Shown here one piece after another: positions 11,380 to 23,699 of a stretch of 29,076 bases of DNA. The notes under the pieces are model-generated. The model saw only the letters and a list, made by a program, of their open reading frames with translations. It did no database searches and was not told where the DNA came from. The stretch's first letter is position 1; every line of letters starts with the position of its first letter. Origin of the DNA: Octopus sinensis (lineage: Eukaryota); assembly GCF_006345805.1 (NCBI RefSeq), contig NW_021836490.1, forward strand, positions 1 through 29,076, given 5' to 3'. The translations under genes were made by a program, and so were the position numbers.

Positions 11380-11444
11380 AACATATACATATATACATAT
11401 ATATATATATACATATATATATATATGTATGTATGTGTGTGTAT

Positions 11445-11655
11445 ATGTTTGTGTGTCTGTATTTGTCCCTTCCCAACATCGCTTGACAACCGATACTGGT
11501 GTGTTTACGTCCCCGTAACTTAGCGGTTCGGCAAAAGAGACCGATAGAATAATTACTAGGCTTACAAAGAATATGTCCTGGGGGGGGGATTTGCTCGAAT
11601 AAAGGTGGTGCTCCAACATGGCTGCAGTCAAATGACTGAAACAAGTAAAAGAGTA
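11445..11655 (+). mobile_element. SINE family A, 3' half
   Basis: GTTTACGTCCCCGTAACTTAGCGGTTCGGCAAAAGAGACCGATAGAATAA..CATGGCTGCAGTCAAATGACTGAAACAAGTAAAAG, shared with 20531-20680. Confidence 0.85.
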
Positions 11656-11683
11656 AGGGTAAGATCCAAGGCTTTTGAGCATA

Positions 11684-11899
11684 CGAGGGGGTAGCTGAAA
11701 ATTTGCTGGCTTTAAAGGGTGTCGCGAAAGGTCTGGCTGGGGGCCCAACCTTCCGAGTTCTTTCACAGGGCTTAGAAAAACTGAAGGACCGCTGCATTGT
11801 GTGACTTACAGAGGGGAATATGTTGAATAAAATCATAATTAACTGATCCTCCTGTATTTTCTTTTACCCTGTGCCCAGGACCTTTTCAGCATTTCCTTG
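11684..11899 (+). mobile_element. Mariner-derived MITE retaining the transposase C-terminal codons
   Basis: TA + CGAGGGGGTAGCTGAAAA left end, degenerate TTTTCAGCATTTCCTTG right end; interior encodes GLEKLKDRC..RGEYVE*, typical of mariner C-termini. Confidence 0.7.
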
Positions 11900-11984
11900 A
11901 ATATGGATTTTAGCTGAAGTTGGGAATGTGTGTAAGTTATACGTCATTGGTTAAGTGTAGTTTAGACTTGATAATAAAGTGTGT

Positions 11985-12240
11985 GTTTCCTTCTGGAGCC
12001 ATGCCAGGCTCATAAGGGCCAGTTTCCCGGTTTCAGTGGCGTAGAAATTCCCCCCACCTGGACGGGACGCCGGTCCGTCGCAGGATTACTCATTTTTGCC
12101 AGCTGAGTGGATTTGAGCAACGTGAAAATGAAGTGTTTTGCTCAAGAACACAACGCATCATCCGGTCCGGCCCAGGAATCGAAACTACACTCTTACGCTC
12201 ATGAGCCCAACACCCAAACCACTAAGCCACAAGCCTCCAC
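11985..12240 (-). mobile_element. SINE family B (tRNA-derived head, CORE-like TGTTCTTGAGCAAAACACTT motif)
   Basis: Minus strand GTGGAGGCTTGTGGCTTAGTGGTTTGGGTG..AGTTTCGATTCC (A/B boxes); related heads at 17200-17263 and 23987-24050. Confidence 0.8.
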
Positions 12241-12330
12241 AGACATGATAAAAATATTGTTAAATTTGAAGAAATATGGATAATTGTAGATACAAAGATG
12301 TAAAAGAAAATATCTCGAAAAATGAACAAT

Positions 12331-12740
12331 GGGCGCAACTACAGCTGTGCGGTTAAGAAGCTTGCTTCCCAATCGAGCGGTCTTGCGTTCAATTTCATTG
12401 CACCGTCCCTTCGGCAAGTGCCTTCTACTATAGCCCCGGGTCGACCAAAGCCATATGAGTGATATTTGGCAGACAGAAGCTAAAAGAATCTTGTCGTGTG
12501 AGTGTGTGTGTGTGTGTGTGTACTTTTGAGTATGTGTGTTTGTCCCGTACACCACTTGATAACCGGTATAGGTTTGTTTACATCCTCGTAGCATTAGCGA
12601 TTCGACAAAGACCGATAGAATACATTCCAGAGTAAAAGAAAAAAATAAATACATACTGGGATAGATTTGTTCTTCAAAAACCTTTCAAGGCGTTGACCCA
12701 GCATGGGCGCAATCCAATGATTGAAACAAGTAAACGATGA
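12331..12740 (+). mobile_element. SINE family A, full-length but diverged copy with internal (GT)n
   Basis: Head, body, (GT)n spacer and 3' half are all present and end in a poly-A-like tail. Confidence 0.8.
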
Positions 12741-13109
12741 AAAAAAAAAAATAATAAAAGACACGAGAAATAAAGTTGATTATAGAACAGAAACCCTTAA
12801 AATGACATCCTAAATATATGAAGACGCTTAAAAGGTGCTTGAGACTATGGCGGCAATATCATAGAAATACAAGCGAAATATTTAAAATTACATGTGAATA
12901 AACATACATGCAAACACATATACACGGAAATATATGTGATGGCTGATGTTCAACACAAGTAGCAACCATTAAATGAAGGAGTCAAAACGTTAACATCACC
13001 GAGAATAAATTGTCATTTGTGAATTTTATGATTGGTGACAATGAGCGGAATGTTTCGATCCTGTGGTCTTGTTAGACGAAGATGAAGTCACTAATTATCA
13101 TATATTTTG

Positions 13110-13211
13110 GGTGTATGTATGTGTATGTATAATACACACACACACACATACACACACACACACATACAGACACACACACACACACACACACCACACACAC
13201 ACACACACACA

Positions 13212-13250
<39 letters not shown>

Positions 13251-13584
13251 CATATATACATGTATATATGCATAGACAACGATGTACTTACGTATGTATT
13301 GACACGTATACATACATACACGTATACGCATACACATATACAACGCACTATACACACATACATGCACATACACATACATGCATACACACGCACACACACA
13401 CACTCACACACACACACACACACACGCGCACACATTGTCTTTGCTGTTCTCGTCTCGTCAGCGTGTTGTGTGAGAATTTGCGCCGACGCTCGATTAATAA
13501 ATGGCTTCCCACCCACGTAGCTTGTCTTTCGCTTCTAATTCACTATTGGCGTTTCTAATTCACCACCACCACCACCACCACTAT

Positions 13585-13616
<32 letters not shown>

Positions 13617-14374
13617 TCACCACCACCATCACCACCATCACCACCACTACCGCCACCATCACCGCCACTACCACCACTACCACCACCACTACCATTACTA
13701 CTACTACTACTACCACCACCATCACTGCCACCAACGCCACCACCACCACCACCACCACTACCACCACCACCACCACCATCACTACTACTACCACCACCAC
13801 CATCACCACCAACACCGCCACCACTACTACTTCTACCACCACCGCCACCACTACTACCACCACCACCATCACTACTACTACCACCATCACCACCAACACC
13901 GCCACCACTACTACTACCACCACCATCACCACCACCGCCACCACCACCATCACCGCCACCACCGCCACCAACGCCACCACCACACTATTGTCCCTCGTAA
14001 CTGTTAATGCTGCCGTTGTTATAATGGTGTTGTTGTTGCTGTTGTTGTTGTTGTTGTTGTTTGTTGTTGTTGTTTTTATTGTTGTTGTTGTTGTTGTCGT
14101 CGTAGCAGTTACAGTTGCAGCCGAGCCGAGCCGGGCCGGGCCGGGGGGTTATCAACGTCTGTAAATCAAGACTAGTTTCGATTCTTCATTAATTATTTAA
14201 AATGGAAGAACGACATCTTGTTTTCATTGCATTTTGTCCTTTCTGTCTTTTGGTTTCTTGTCAGCTGACCATTTAGCTATTGTTGCTGTTGTTGCTGTGG
14301 TTGTTGATGGTACAATGTGGTCGTAGTGGTGGAGGTGGTGTGTAAGTTTGGTGGTAATGGCTGCGGTGGTAGTG

Positions 14375-14408
<34 letters not shown>

Positions 14409-14458
14409 TTGTGTTTGTGCGTGTGTGTGTGTGTTTGTTTGTGTTTGTGCGTGCGTGC

Positions 14459-14496
<38 letters not shown>

Positions 14497-14520
14497 TTGT
14501 GTGCGTGTGTGTGCGTGTGC

Positions 14521-14569
<49 letters not shown>

Positions 14570-14830
14570 GACGAGCTAGTGATTGTTGCGGTAGTATTGT
14601 TGGTGGTTGTGAGGCTGGTGGTTGAGGAGGCGTGACTACTTTTGTAGCGGTGCTGTCGATGGTTCTGCCTCTGATGGTTGTTGTGCTGCTATCAATGGTT
14701 GTTACGGTGATAGTTGTGGTGTGATGGTTGCGGTAATGGTGACAATCGTTGTTGTGGTGCTGTCGATGGTTGTGGTGGTAATGACGATGTTTGTAGTGGT
14801 GACAATGGTTGCGATGGTAGCATTGATGGC
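13110..14830. repeat. (AC)n/(AT)n, (ACC/ACT)n, (GTT)n, (GT)n and (GGT/GAT)n arrays with short unique islands (13435-13560, 14110-14280)
   Basis: Visible simple repeats. Confidence 0.93.
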
Positions 14831-15068
14831 TATGCCCGAGATGACAAAGGTTCAACTTCATCTTTTCGTTGTCACCCCACTACGTGGGGGGAAGATTTTG
14901 TTAGCGAGATATAATAGTCAAATTTCCCTCAAATCACACCTTTATGCCATCAATACCTAAGGACACATTGGATGATATAATCCAAGCTACACAATGCTTA
15001 CACAGCATGGTGGTCAAGGTTGATCGCTGATCTGCTGGATCAGGACTAACTGCGAGCTAAATAATAAT

Positions 15069-15220
15069 GACCTTTCAATTCTAAGCACAAGGCGTGAGGG
15101 CGGAGGAGGCCGTTGACATTCAACCCTAGCACTCAACTGCGAATTATTTTATCGTCCCTGAAAGGATGAAAGGCAAGGTCGACCTCGGTGAAATTTGAAC
15201 TCAGAATGTAAAGATGGACG
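15069..15220 (-). mobile_element. SINE family C fragment (Deu/Nin-like central domain)
   Basis: Reverse complement of TTCTGAGTTCAAATT..GAGGTCGACCTTGCCTTTCATCCTTTC.GGG.CGATAAAATAA. Confidence 0.78.
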
Positions 15221-15276
15221 AGTAACAACGACAACAACAACACGGCATATCATTTTAATATCCGTACACTTTCTAA

Positions 15277-15858
15277 GGCGGCGAGCTGGCAGAAACGTTA
15301 GCACGCCGGGCGAAACGCGTAGCCGTATTTCGTCTGCCGTTACGTTCTGAGTTCAAATTCCGCCGAGGTCGACTTTGCCTTTCATCCTTTCGGGGTCGAT
15401 AAATTAACTACCAGTTATGCACTAGGATCGATATAATGGACTTAATCCGTTTGTCTGTCCTTGTTTGTCCCCTCTGTGTGTAGCCCGTTGTGGGTAGTAA
15501 AGAAATAAGCATTTCGCCCGTCACTACGTTCTGAGTTCAAATTCCATCGAGGTTGACTTTGCCTTTCATCCTTTCGGGGTCGATAAATTAAGTACCAGTT
15601 ATGCACTGGGGTCGATATAATCGATTTAATCCCTTTGTCTGTCCTTGTTTGTCCCCTCTATGTTTAGCCCCTTGTGGGCAATAAAGAAATAAGAATCGTT
15701 AGCACGTCGGGCAAAATGCTTAGCGGCATAGCGTTCTGAGTTCAAATTCCGCCGAAGTTGACTTTGCCTTTCATTCCTTTCGAGCACTGGAATCGATGTA
15801 ACCGAATTACCCAACCCCCAGATATTGCTGGCCTTGTGCCAAAATTTGAAGCCAATAT
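15277..15858 (+). mobile_element. Three head-to-tail SINE family C units (15277-15510, 15511-15693, 15694-15858)
   Basis: A-box-like TGGCAGAAACG, B-box GAGTTCAAATTCC, and GCCTTTCATCCTTTCGGGGTCGATAAATTAAGTACCAG resembling the Deu/Nin SINE domain. The third unit has a different 3' tail. Confidence 0.88.
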
Positions 15859-16329
15859 CCGTACACTTCACAGCAAACAACTGAATACTTTCGTGCACTA
15901 TTCACACACACACATGCACAACTGTGCACAGCCGCACGCATGCACAGTCGAGCAATTTTACAGGGCGGAAGAAAATTTTGTAGCTTCAGTGGGGAGAGGA
16001 GTCTCCTCTGGAAATATTTAGTTTAAATGGACCTTAAATCTTTAATTATGTCCTATCAATAAAGATAACGATATAACACGAAATTTTAAAGTTATAAATT
16101 TTTTCTTCTTTGTAGAAAAATATGGTTATGATAAAATATGTATGAAGCAGCTTCTAGAGTGAGATTATGAAAGTTTAATTGAACGTGATGACTAATCTGA
16201 AGCCAGCTCAATATGGCCGCTGGTAAACTTTTGTAAATGCTTTATTCCCCTTGCACCAAATTGACCAGATAACAATATATTTTAAAGAAAGCAACGATAA
16301 GCCTAATCAGCCAATGAAACGAGATTTTC

Positions 16330-16790
16330 TGACGTCTTTATCTGTTAAAATTTTCTTATAATAACATTATCAAAATCAATTTCTCTTGTAATGTTTGATC
16401 CAATACTCATCAGTTTTTCCGAATCAACGAGTTTGGATTGAAATATAGCTGAGCTTAAAAAGTCTGATATATTTGAGATTACTAAAAGATTTTGCTATAC
16501 TACTGTTGATGGAACTGTCAACAGTATTTTCAAACTAACTCAAACATTTGGAATTATCTCGCAAAATTTCTAGTTAGTTAATAAATTAATGATTTCAAAG
16601 GTTTCAGCTACGGTTTTATAAAATTTTCTTTATGTCTAAGATAAGTATGCATTTCTATGGTGAAATCTTCATCGTTGAAGTCAGAACTCATTCGTTTTAG
16701 CTTTACAAACTCTCTTTCAAACATTGAAATGTTTCCACAAGAAATTAAAATTTCCAACCGACCACTTAACATAGAGATGATCCTGCAATA
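16330..16790 (-). pseudogene. Decayed hAT transposase C-terminus (dimerisation domain)
   Basis: Minus strand gives SDFNDEDFTIEM..EIIPNV*VSLKILLTVPSTV..KSFSNLK..FLSSAIFQSKL..MSIGSNITREIDFDNVI, matching FPNV.IAL.ILLT.PVT.AS.ERSFSKLK..LRSTM.QERL..LSIE..IDFD.II. A possible terminus CAGGGCGG lies at 15961. Confidence 0.75.
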
Positions 16791-16794
16791 AAAA

Positions 16795-17263
16795 AAAAAT
16801 GGTACTCCGTCGGTTACGACGATGCAGGTTCCAGTTGCTCTGATCAACGGAACAGCCTACTCGTGAAACTAACGTACAAGTGGCTGAGCGCTTCTCAGAC
16901 ACGCTTACTGTTAACGTAGTTCTCAAAGAGATTCGGCGTCACACAGGATGGGACAAAGCTGGCCTTTTGAAATACAGGTACTACTCTCTTTTGCCAATCG
17001 AGTAGACTGGAAGAACGTGGAATAAAGTGTCTTGCTCAAGGACACAACGCGTCATCGGCTGTCGAACTCACCGTCTTACAATCGTGATCCGACGAGGCTG
17101 GTCCTTTGAAATACAGGTACTGCTCTCTTTTGCCAACTGAGTGGACTGACGTAGCAGAAAATACAGTGTCTTGCTCAATGTCACAGCACGTAGCCGGGTG
17201 TCGAACTCATGACCTTACGATCATGATCCGAATACCTTAACCACTAAGCCACGCGCCTTCACA
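16795..17263 (-). mobile_element. SINE family B, near full length with 139-bp internal tandem duplication
   Basis: Head GTGAAGGCGCGTGGCTTAGTGGTTAAGG..GAGTTCGACACCC on the minus strand; duplicated block starts at 16952 and 17091; A-run at 16789-16799. Confidence 0.82.
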
Positions 17264-17508
17264 ATAATATTAACAATCAAAGCATAAAATAAATTTTCTA
17301 GGGTATGCCGTCTTCAGGTGAATCACTTGTGCCAGTGACTTCAACCCCTATTAGATTCGAGTGTTTTGTCACCCTCCAATCTTCCTTTCGTTCCTCTAAC
17401 GACTCCTTAGTAATGAGAGAGTTTAATTTTCCCTTCGAGATCTGACGCCATTTCTTTAACCTCACTCCAAATGTTATTTTATCGACTTGTTCACTACCTC
17501 TTGCTTCC

Positions 17509-17610
17509 CAATTACATGGTTCCATGTTCAGTCCCACTGCGTGGCACCTTAGGCCGAGCAAAGCCTATTGAGTGGATTTGGTAGATGGTAACTGAATGAA
17601 GCCCGTAGTA
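17509..17610 (+). mobile_element. SINE family A fragment
   Basis: CATGGTTCCATGTTCAGTCCCACTGCGTGGCACCTT..GAGTGGATTTGGTAGATGGTAACTGAATGAAGCCCG. Confidence 0.82.
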
Positions 17611-17836
17611 TGTATATATATATATATATATATATATAACGGGAAGCTTGAGTGTATTTTTACCTTGTTAACAATCAACACGGAAAAAATAAATAAATAG
17701 TTACCAGGGCAGCAAAAATCTCACAAATAAAGGTGTTGTAACTCCTTGTTTAGAAGGTAGAACTTCGTGTTTATGTTGAATATTTTGAATAATATGAATA
17801 AAATGATAGTTAACGCAGGTGTAATCAAATATTTTT

Positions 17837-17922
17837 ACTTTCGACACATGTTTCGAAAATTCCACTGATACTATTCAAAGGAATAAATGGTATAAACAAT
17901 GCAATCCTCTCCTCAGGAAAGT
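17837..17922 (-). ncRNA. Type I hammerhead ribozyme (left, inverted pLTR)
   Basis: Minus strand: stem I ACTTTC / core CTGAGGA / stem II GAGGATT..AATTTTC / GAAAC-ATGT-GTC / stem I GAAAGT. All conserved core nucleotides present; predicted cleavage after the C at 17843. Confidence 0.8.
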
Positions 17923-18079
17923 GAAAAAAACGAAACTCGTCATAAACTTTTAGCAAAAAATGATGGATTTGTATATCGATAGACAGAACGCTATTAATAT
18001 TGTTTAAAAAACGTTATATGATATAACGTCATAAGTAGCTAACAGAAAGAGTAGGGATATTAATAGTGAATGTTAAATA

Positions 18080-19995
18080 ACTTTATAAAGACTATTATTT
18101 GGAATTACTTAAAAAAGGAATTCAAAAAAAGTATAAAACTGCTGATAAAAGAATACTTAAGAAAGCCAACATTGAGGCTATGAAAATCTGGAGAATATAA
18201 ACCTACAAATGAAGACAGAACCACTTGTTCCTAAGCAACCTAGGTTCATTTTGAAGGATCACAAACAAAATTTTTTTACTAACCCATCATTAAGGCTTAT
18301 CTGCCCTTCTAGATCTGACATCGGTATCCTTAGTAAAAATATACTAGATAAATATATTCCTAATTTAATCAAAACATTAAAACTTAGTTTATGGACTAAT
18401 TCATATGAAGAATTTATTTGGTTTAGTTCTATTAACAATAAGGTGAGTACAAAGTTTATCCAGTTTGATATTTCCAATTTTTATTCAACTATTAATCCAA
18501 TAGTACTTAATAAGGTACTTTGGCTCTCCATAACAAAGCTGGTCTCACCCGAGAAGAAATTAATGTTGTGTTGGCAGCCAGAGATCTATTATTAAATTGA
18601 TGATAAGTTGTGGGTCCGTAAAGACACACCAGATAGTTTCGATATACCAATGGGAAGTTCTGATTCAGCACAGATAGCTGATTTAGTCTGTATATATATT
18701 CTTTTTGAAATGGCTGAAGAGTTCCCTAACATTTATGGAGGTCTATATCGTGATGATTGTTTACTTTACCTCCAAATGTTTCCAACCAAAAGGTACAAAA
18801 AGTTAAGACTAGTTTAGTAATGTTTTCAGTAGAATGGGCTCTTAAAAATCGTTTTTGATGACGATCTGACGAAGGCCAACTTTTTAGATATTACGCTTAA
18901 TTTACACAGTGACTCTTACTTCCCATATTATAAACCGTTTGACCAATCTTAAGTACATTAGCAAATTTAGTAATCATCCTGGAGCAATTACTAAGAACTT
19001 AGTTAAGAATATTTCATTTAGATTATTCTAAATTATCTGCTAATGTTGATATTTTCAAAATAACGCTGAATTCTATAACTCTGCCTTAATCAAAGCAGGT
19101 TATACAGAAAAAATTTTCTACATTGATTCTGCTCAGTCTAATTGTAAATTCAAAATGTAGATAAGATTTCTAGTCGTAAAAGAATTATTGATAACAAACA
19201 TAACTTACGCACCGATACAAAGCGAATGAAGGCAGATAACCCTTATTTAATCCCCTATTATCGATCTAAAAGTAAATATAACACCTTCAAAAGTAATTAC
19301 GCTATGAATACTAGTAAAAATAGTTGGTTAATAATTCCTTACGGGAGATAAATTAAATCTAATCTTCCATTGCTGTTTCGTCAAGCTATTGCTAGGAATT
19401 TTCCAAACAATTCTAGATATTACTCTATAATCAATTCACATAAGTTTAGGATAGGTTTTTCAGACACAAAAAATCTCTTGCAAATCATATCTTCTCATAA
19501 TAACAAACTGTTAAATATTAATACATTTACTAATACTAACATTAATTTAGCTAATACATCCAACCCTCTAGAAATATTAATACAAGGTTATTGTTCTGAA
19601 GTCAATTCCAATAGAATAAGTTTATGTCAAGTAACTCTAAGATTAAAATTCTATATACCAGTGTATAATCAGTACTCGTAATAAAGTACGATTTTACATT
19701 GGAGCACATCGTTAGAGTTATCTAAAAGAATTTATATCCATTACTCAACTTTAGGGATAGAAATAAACGGAACAGTACCGGTCTCAGCAAACTGATTTGG
19801 GTTTAAAAGACCACAAAGAACAATTTCATTTAGAATGGTTGATCCTCTCAATTTCGATACCATATGACAAAGGCAAGACTTCTGTCTTCTCTGTAATTCT
19901 GAGCTATTTTTCATTATTTTTTCTAAAAATACTCTAGTAAACACGGTATAGAGCGAGCATACAGATGTAAGCATTGGCAAAAACATACATTAGTG
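18080..19995 (+). pseudogene. Penelope-like RT + GIY-YIG polyprotein, frameshifted
   Basis: Fragments: FILKDHKQNF..LRLICPSRSDIG..FIQFDISNFY; FDIPMGSSDSAQIADLV..GLYRDD; FLDITLNL; NFPNNSRYYSIINSH..IISSHNNKLL; IYQCII..FYIGA; NSTGLSKLIW; FCLLCNSE. Multiple stops and frameshifts. Confidence 0.9.
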
Positions 19996-20205
19996 CATAT
20001 AAGTAGTCTCTATCATTATATATAATTTAAACTTTAATTTCCTTTATATTTAACATTCACTATTAATATCCCTACTCTTTCTGTTAGCTACTTATGACGT
20101 TATATCATATAACGTTTTTTTAACAATTTAATAGCGTTCTGTCTATCGATATACAAATCCATCATTTTTTGCTAAAATGTCTTATTGACGAGTTTCGTTT
20201 TTTTC

Positions 20206-20290
20206 ACTTTCCTGAGGAGAAGATGCATTGTTTATACCATTTATTCTTTTGAATAGTATCAGTGGAATTTTCGAAACATGTGTCGAAAGT
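20206..20290 (+). ncRNA. Type I hammerhead ribozyme (right pLTR, sense to the ORF)
   Basis: ACTTTC (20206-20211), CTGAGGA (20212-20218), stem II GAAGAT/ATTTTC, GAAAC (20273-20277), ATGT, GTC (20282-20284), GAAAGT (20285-20290). Predicted cleavage after 20284. Confidence 0.82.
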
Positions 20291-20332
20291 AAAAATATTT
20301 GATTACACCTGCGTTAACTCCATTTTTTATTC

Positions 20333-20366
<34 letters not shown>

Positions 20367-20530
20367 TGTGTGTGTGTGTGTGTGTGTGTACGTATGTATA
20401 TATATATATATATATATGTATATGTATGTATATATATATATATATATATATTAATATATATATCTGTATATATGCATGTATGAATTATGTATGTATGTAT
20501 GTATGTATGTATGTATATGTATGTATATAT
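20333..20530. repeat. (AT)n/(GT)n/(ATGT)n microsatellite
   Basis: Visible runs. Confidence 0.95.
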
Positions 20531-20680
20531 CTGTGTCCCCGTAACTTAGCGGTTCGGCAAAAGAGACCGATAGAATAAGTACTAGGCTTACAGAGAATAA
20601 GTCCTGGGGTCGATTTGCTCGACTAAAGGCGGTACTCCAGCATGGCCGCAGTCAAATGATTGAAACAAGTAAAAGAATAA
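20531..20680 (+). mobile_element. SINE family A, 3' half
   Basis: CCCCGTAACTTAGCGGTTCGGCAAAAGAGACCGATAGAATAAGTACTAGGCTTAC..CCAGCATGGCCGCAGTCAAATGATTGAAACAAGTAAAAG. Confidence 0.87.
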
Positions 20681-21059
20681 CACAAATTTACTGCCAGAAA
20701 GATAATATGGAAAAGGTTTTCATACTTCCAAATCTGTCAGACCAAATGACGGCATGTGGGTTTCAATGCTATTTCTCAAAATGGCGATTCTTACGTCTAA
20801 CGTTGCGTATTAAAATTTTAAATACTTAATTCAAAAAGCAATAGGAATAATGAATTGTATGTTTTCCTAAATATTTTGATCGATCCAAACGGAGGTTGTG
20901 GCTGCTACTGTTGTTGGTGGTGCTGCCGCTGGTGCTGCCGCTGGTGCTGCCGCTGTTGCAGCCGCGAATGTTTAATTCCAGATTATTTCTGATCGAAGAA
21001 ATCTATGAATGCCTATGAACAAGCGCATTATACCGTGGCAATCATGCCTTAATTTTTTA

Positions 21060-22430
<1,371 letters not shown>

Positions 22431-23063
22431 TATATATCTTATCTTTTTCTGTCCCTCTTTTGCTCTCTTCAAATTTGAAACTGAACAGCCACCCCTTTCG
22501 AACTTTGCCAAATGACAGCTAACATTGCCATTATGGCGGCAGAATATAGAAAACATGGCTGCAATGGAGAATATTTTCGCCGCCATGTCGGCTTCACAAA
22601 TTATACTTTCTGTAATAGCGCCAACGATTATTTGAACAAGCAGACGACAGGATAAGTTTCAAACAAATTTGCTAGCAACAGAAATGTCACAGGTCAAGTA
22701 CATTAGATCATCTGCTCCACTAAACGTTTTTGAGCCGTGTTTATTTTAAAACTTCCGCATGTCGCCATCTTATTTATTTCTGCTACCGTTTTGTTGTTAT
22801 TTTTAAGCATTATTATTCATATCGTTTTGTTTTTTGTTACAAACTAACTCAAATACCAAAAACTAAAACAAAAATCATTTCTAAAAAAAAGATACAAATA
22901 GGAAATGTTTCAAAGGATTTTAGATTTCTTGAAAATATAGTCTTAAACAAGTTGTTTGTTTTAAATAGACATTATTTTATTCTTTCGTTTTGTCTTATTT
23001 TAGTTTGGCGAAAGTTGATAAAAACGTCATTGTCAATAGACATCCCGTCCTTTTTATCGCTTA

Positions 23064-23505
23064 TCTCTTACTTGTTTTAGTCATTGGACTGCGCCCATGC
23101 CGCAGCATTCCCTTGAAGGGTTTAGTGGAACAAATCGACCTCCAGTACTTGTTTTTTAAAGCCTCGTTGTTATTTTATCGGTCTCCTTTGTCGAACCACT
23201 AGGTTACGGGAACATAAACAAACCAGCACCGGTTGTCAAGCAGTGATGTGGGAGAAACACAAAGATAAGCATACATACATAGATACACACACACACGCTC
23301 ACACACAAAGACACATACACACACATACACATATATACACGACGCTCTACTTTCACTTTCCGTTTACCAAATCCACCCACAAGGCTTTGGTCGGCGCGGT
23401 ACTAGAGTTGAAGACACTTACCCAAGATGCTACGCAGTAGGACTGAACCTGGAACTTTGTAGTTGGGAGGCAAACTTCTTACCATGCAGCCTCGCCTGCG
23501 CCTAT
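23064..23505 (-). mobile_element. SINE family A, full-length diverged copy
   Basis: Minus strand runs from TAGGCGCAGGCGAGGCTGCATGGTAAG..GGTTCAGTCCT through a (GT)n spacer to the CATGGGCGCAGTCCAATGACTAAAACAAG tail. Confidence 0.85.
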
Positions 23506-23699
23506 CTTGGAGTTAATAATATTTTTAGTCTTCTTTTATTTCGCCAGCTACTGACTCCATTTGAACGAACAGGCCTTCAGAGCAACTGGTTACATCTCCT
23601 CCGCAGAAAACACTCATTTAAAATACCGTGGAAAACGAAACAAAACACCGAAAGACATTTTGTCTACCAATGTGCAGTATTATAATTCACAATACTAAT

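Larger units (their letters stand above)
17640..20338 (+). mobile_element. Penelope-like element (Naiad-like), 5'-truncated, with inverted pseudo-LTRs, inserted in (TA)n
   Basis: Decayed RT and GIY-YIG coding region between ~290-bp inverted repeats (17792-18079 and 20047-20338), each carrying a hammerhead motif; (TA)n on both outer sides. Confidence 0.9.

Noticed and set aside
13040-13085. Minus-strand CTAACAAGACC..GGATCGAAAC hammerhead-like segment
   Set aside because: The CUGANGA box has multiple mismatches and no stem I can be formed.
13501-14861. Poly-His, poly-Val and HT-repeat ORFs
   Set aside because: Microsatellite artefacts with no splice or codon evidence.
18080-19995. Selenocysteine (in-frame TGA) recoding as reported for some Naiad elements
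   Set aside because: The Cys positions I could read (FCLLC, RCKH) are ordinary Cys codons, and the interruptions are mixed stops and frameshifts, consistent with decay.
22533-22655. Short ATG-initiated ORF (MAAEYRKHG..) in a unique island
   Set aside because: About 40 codons, no recognisable homology or splice context.
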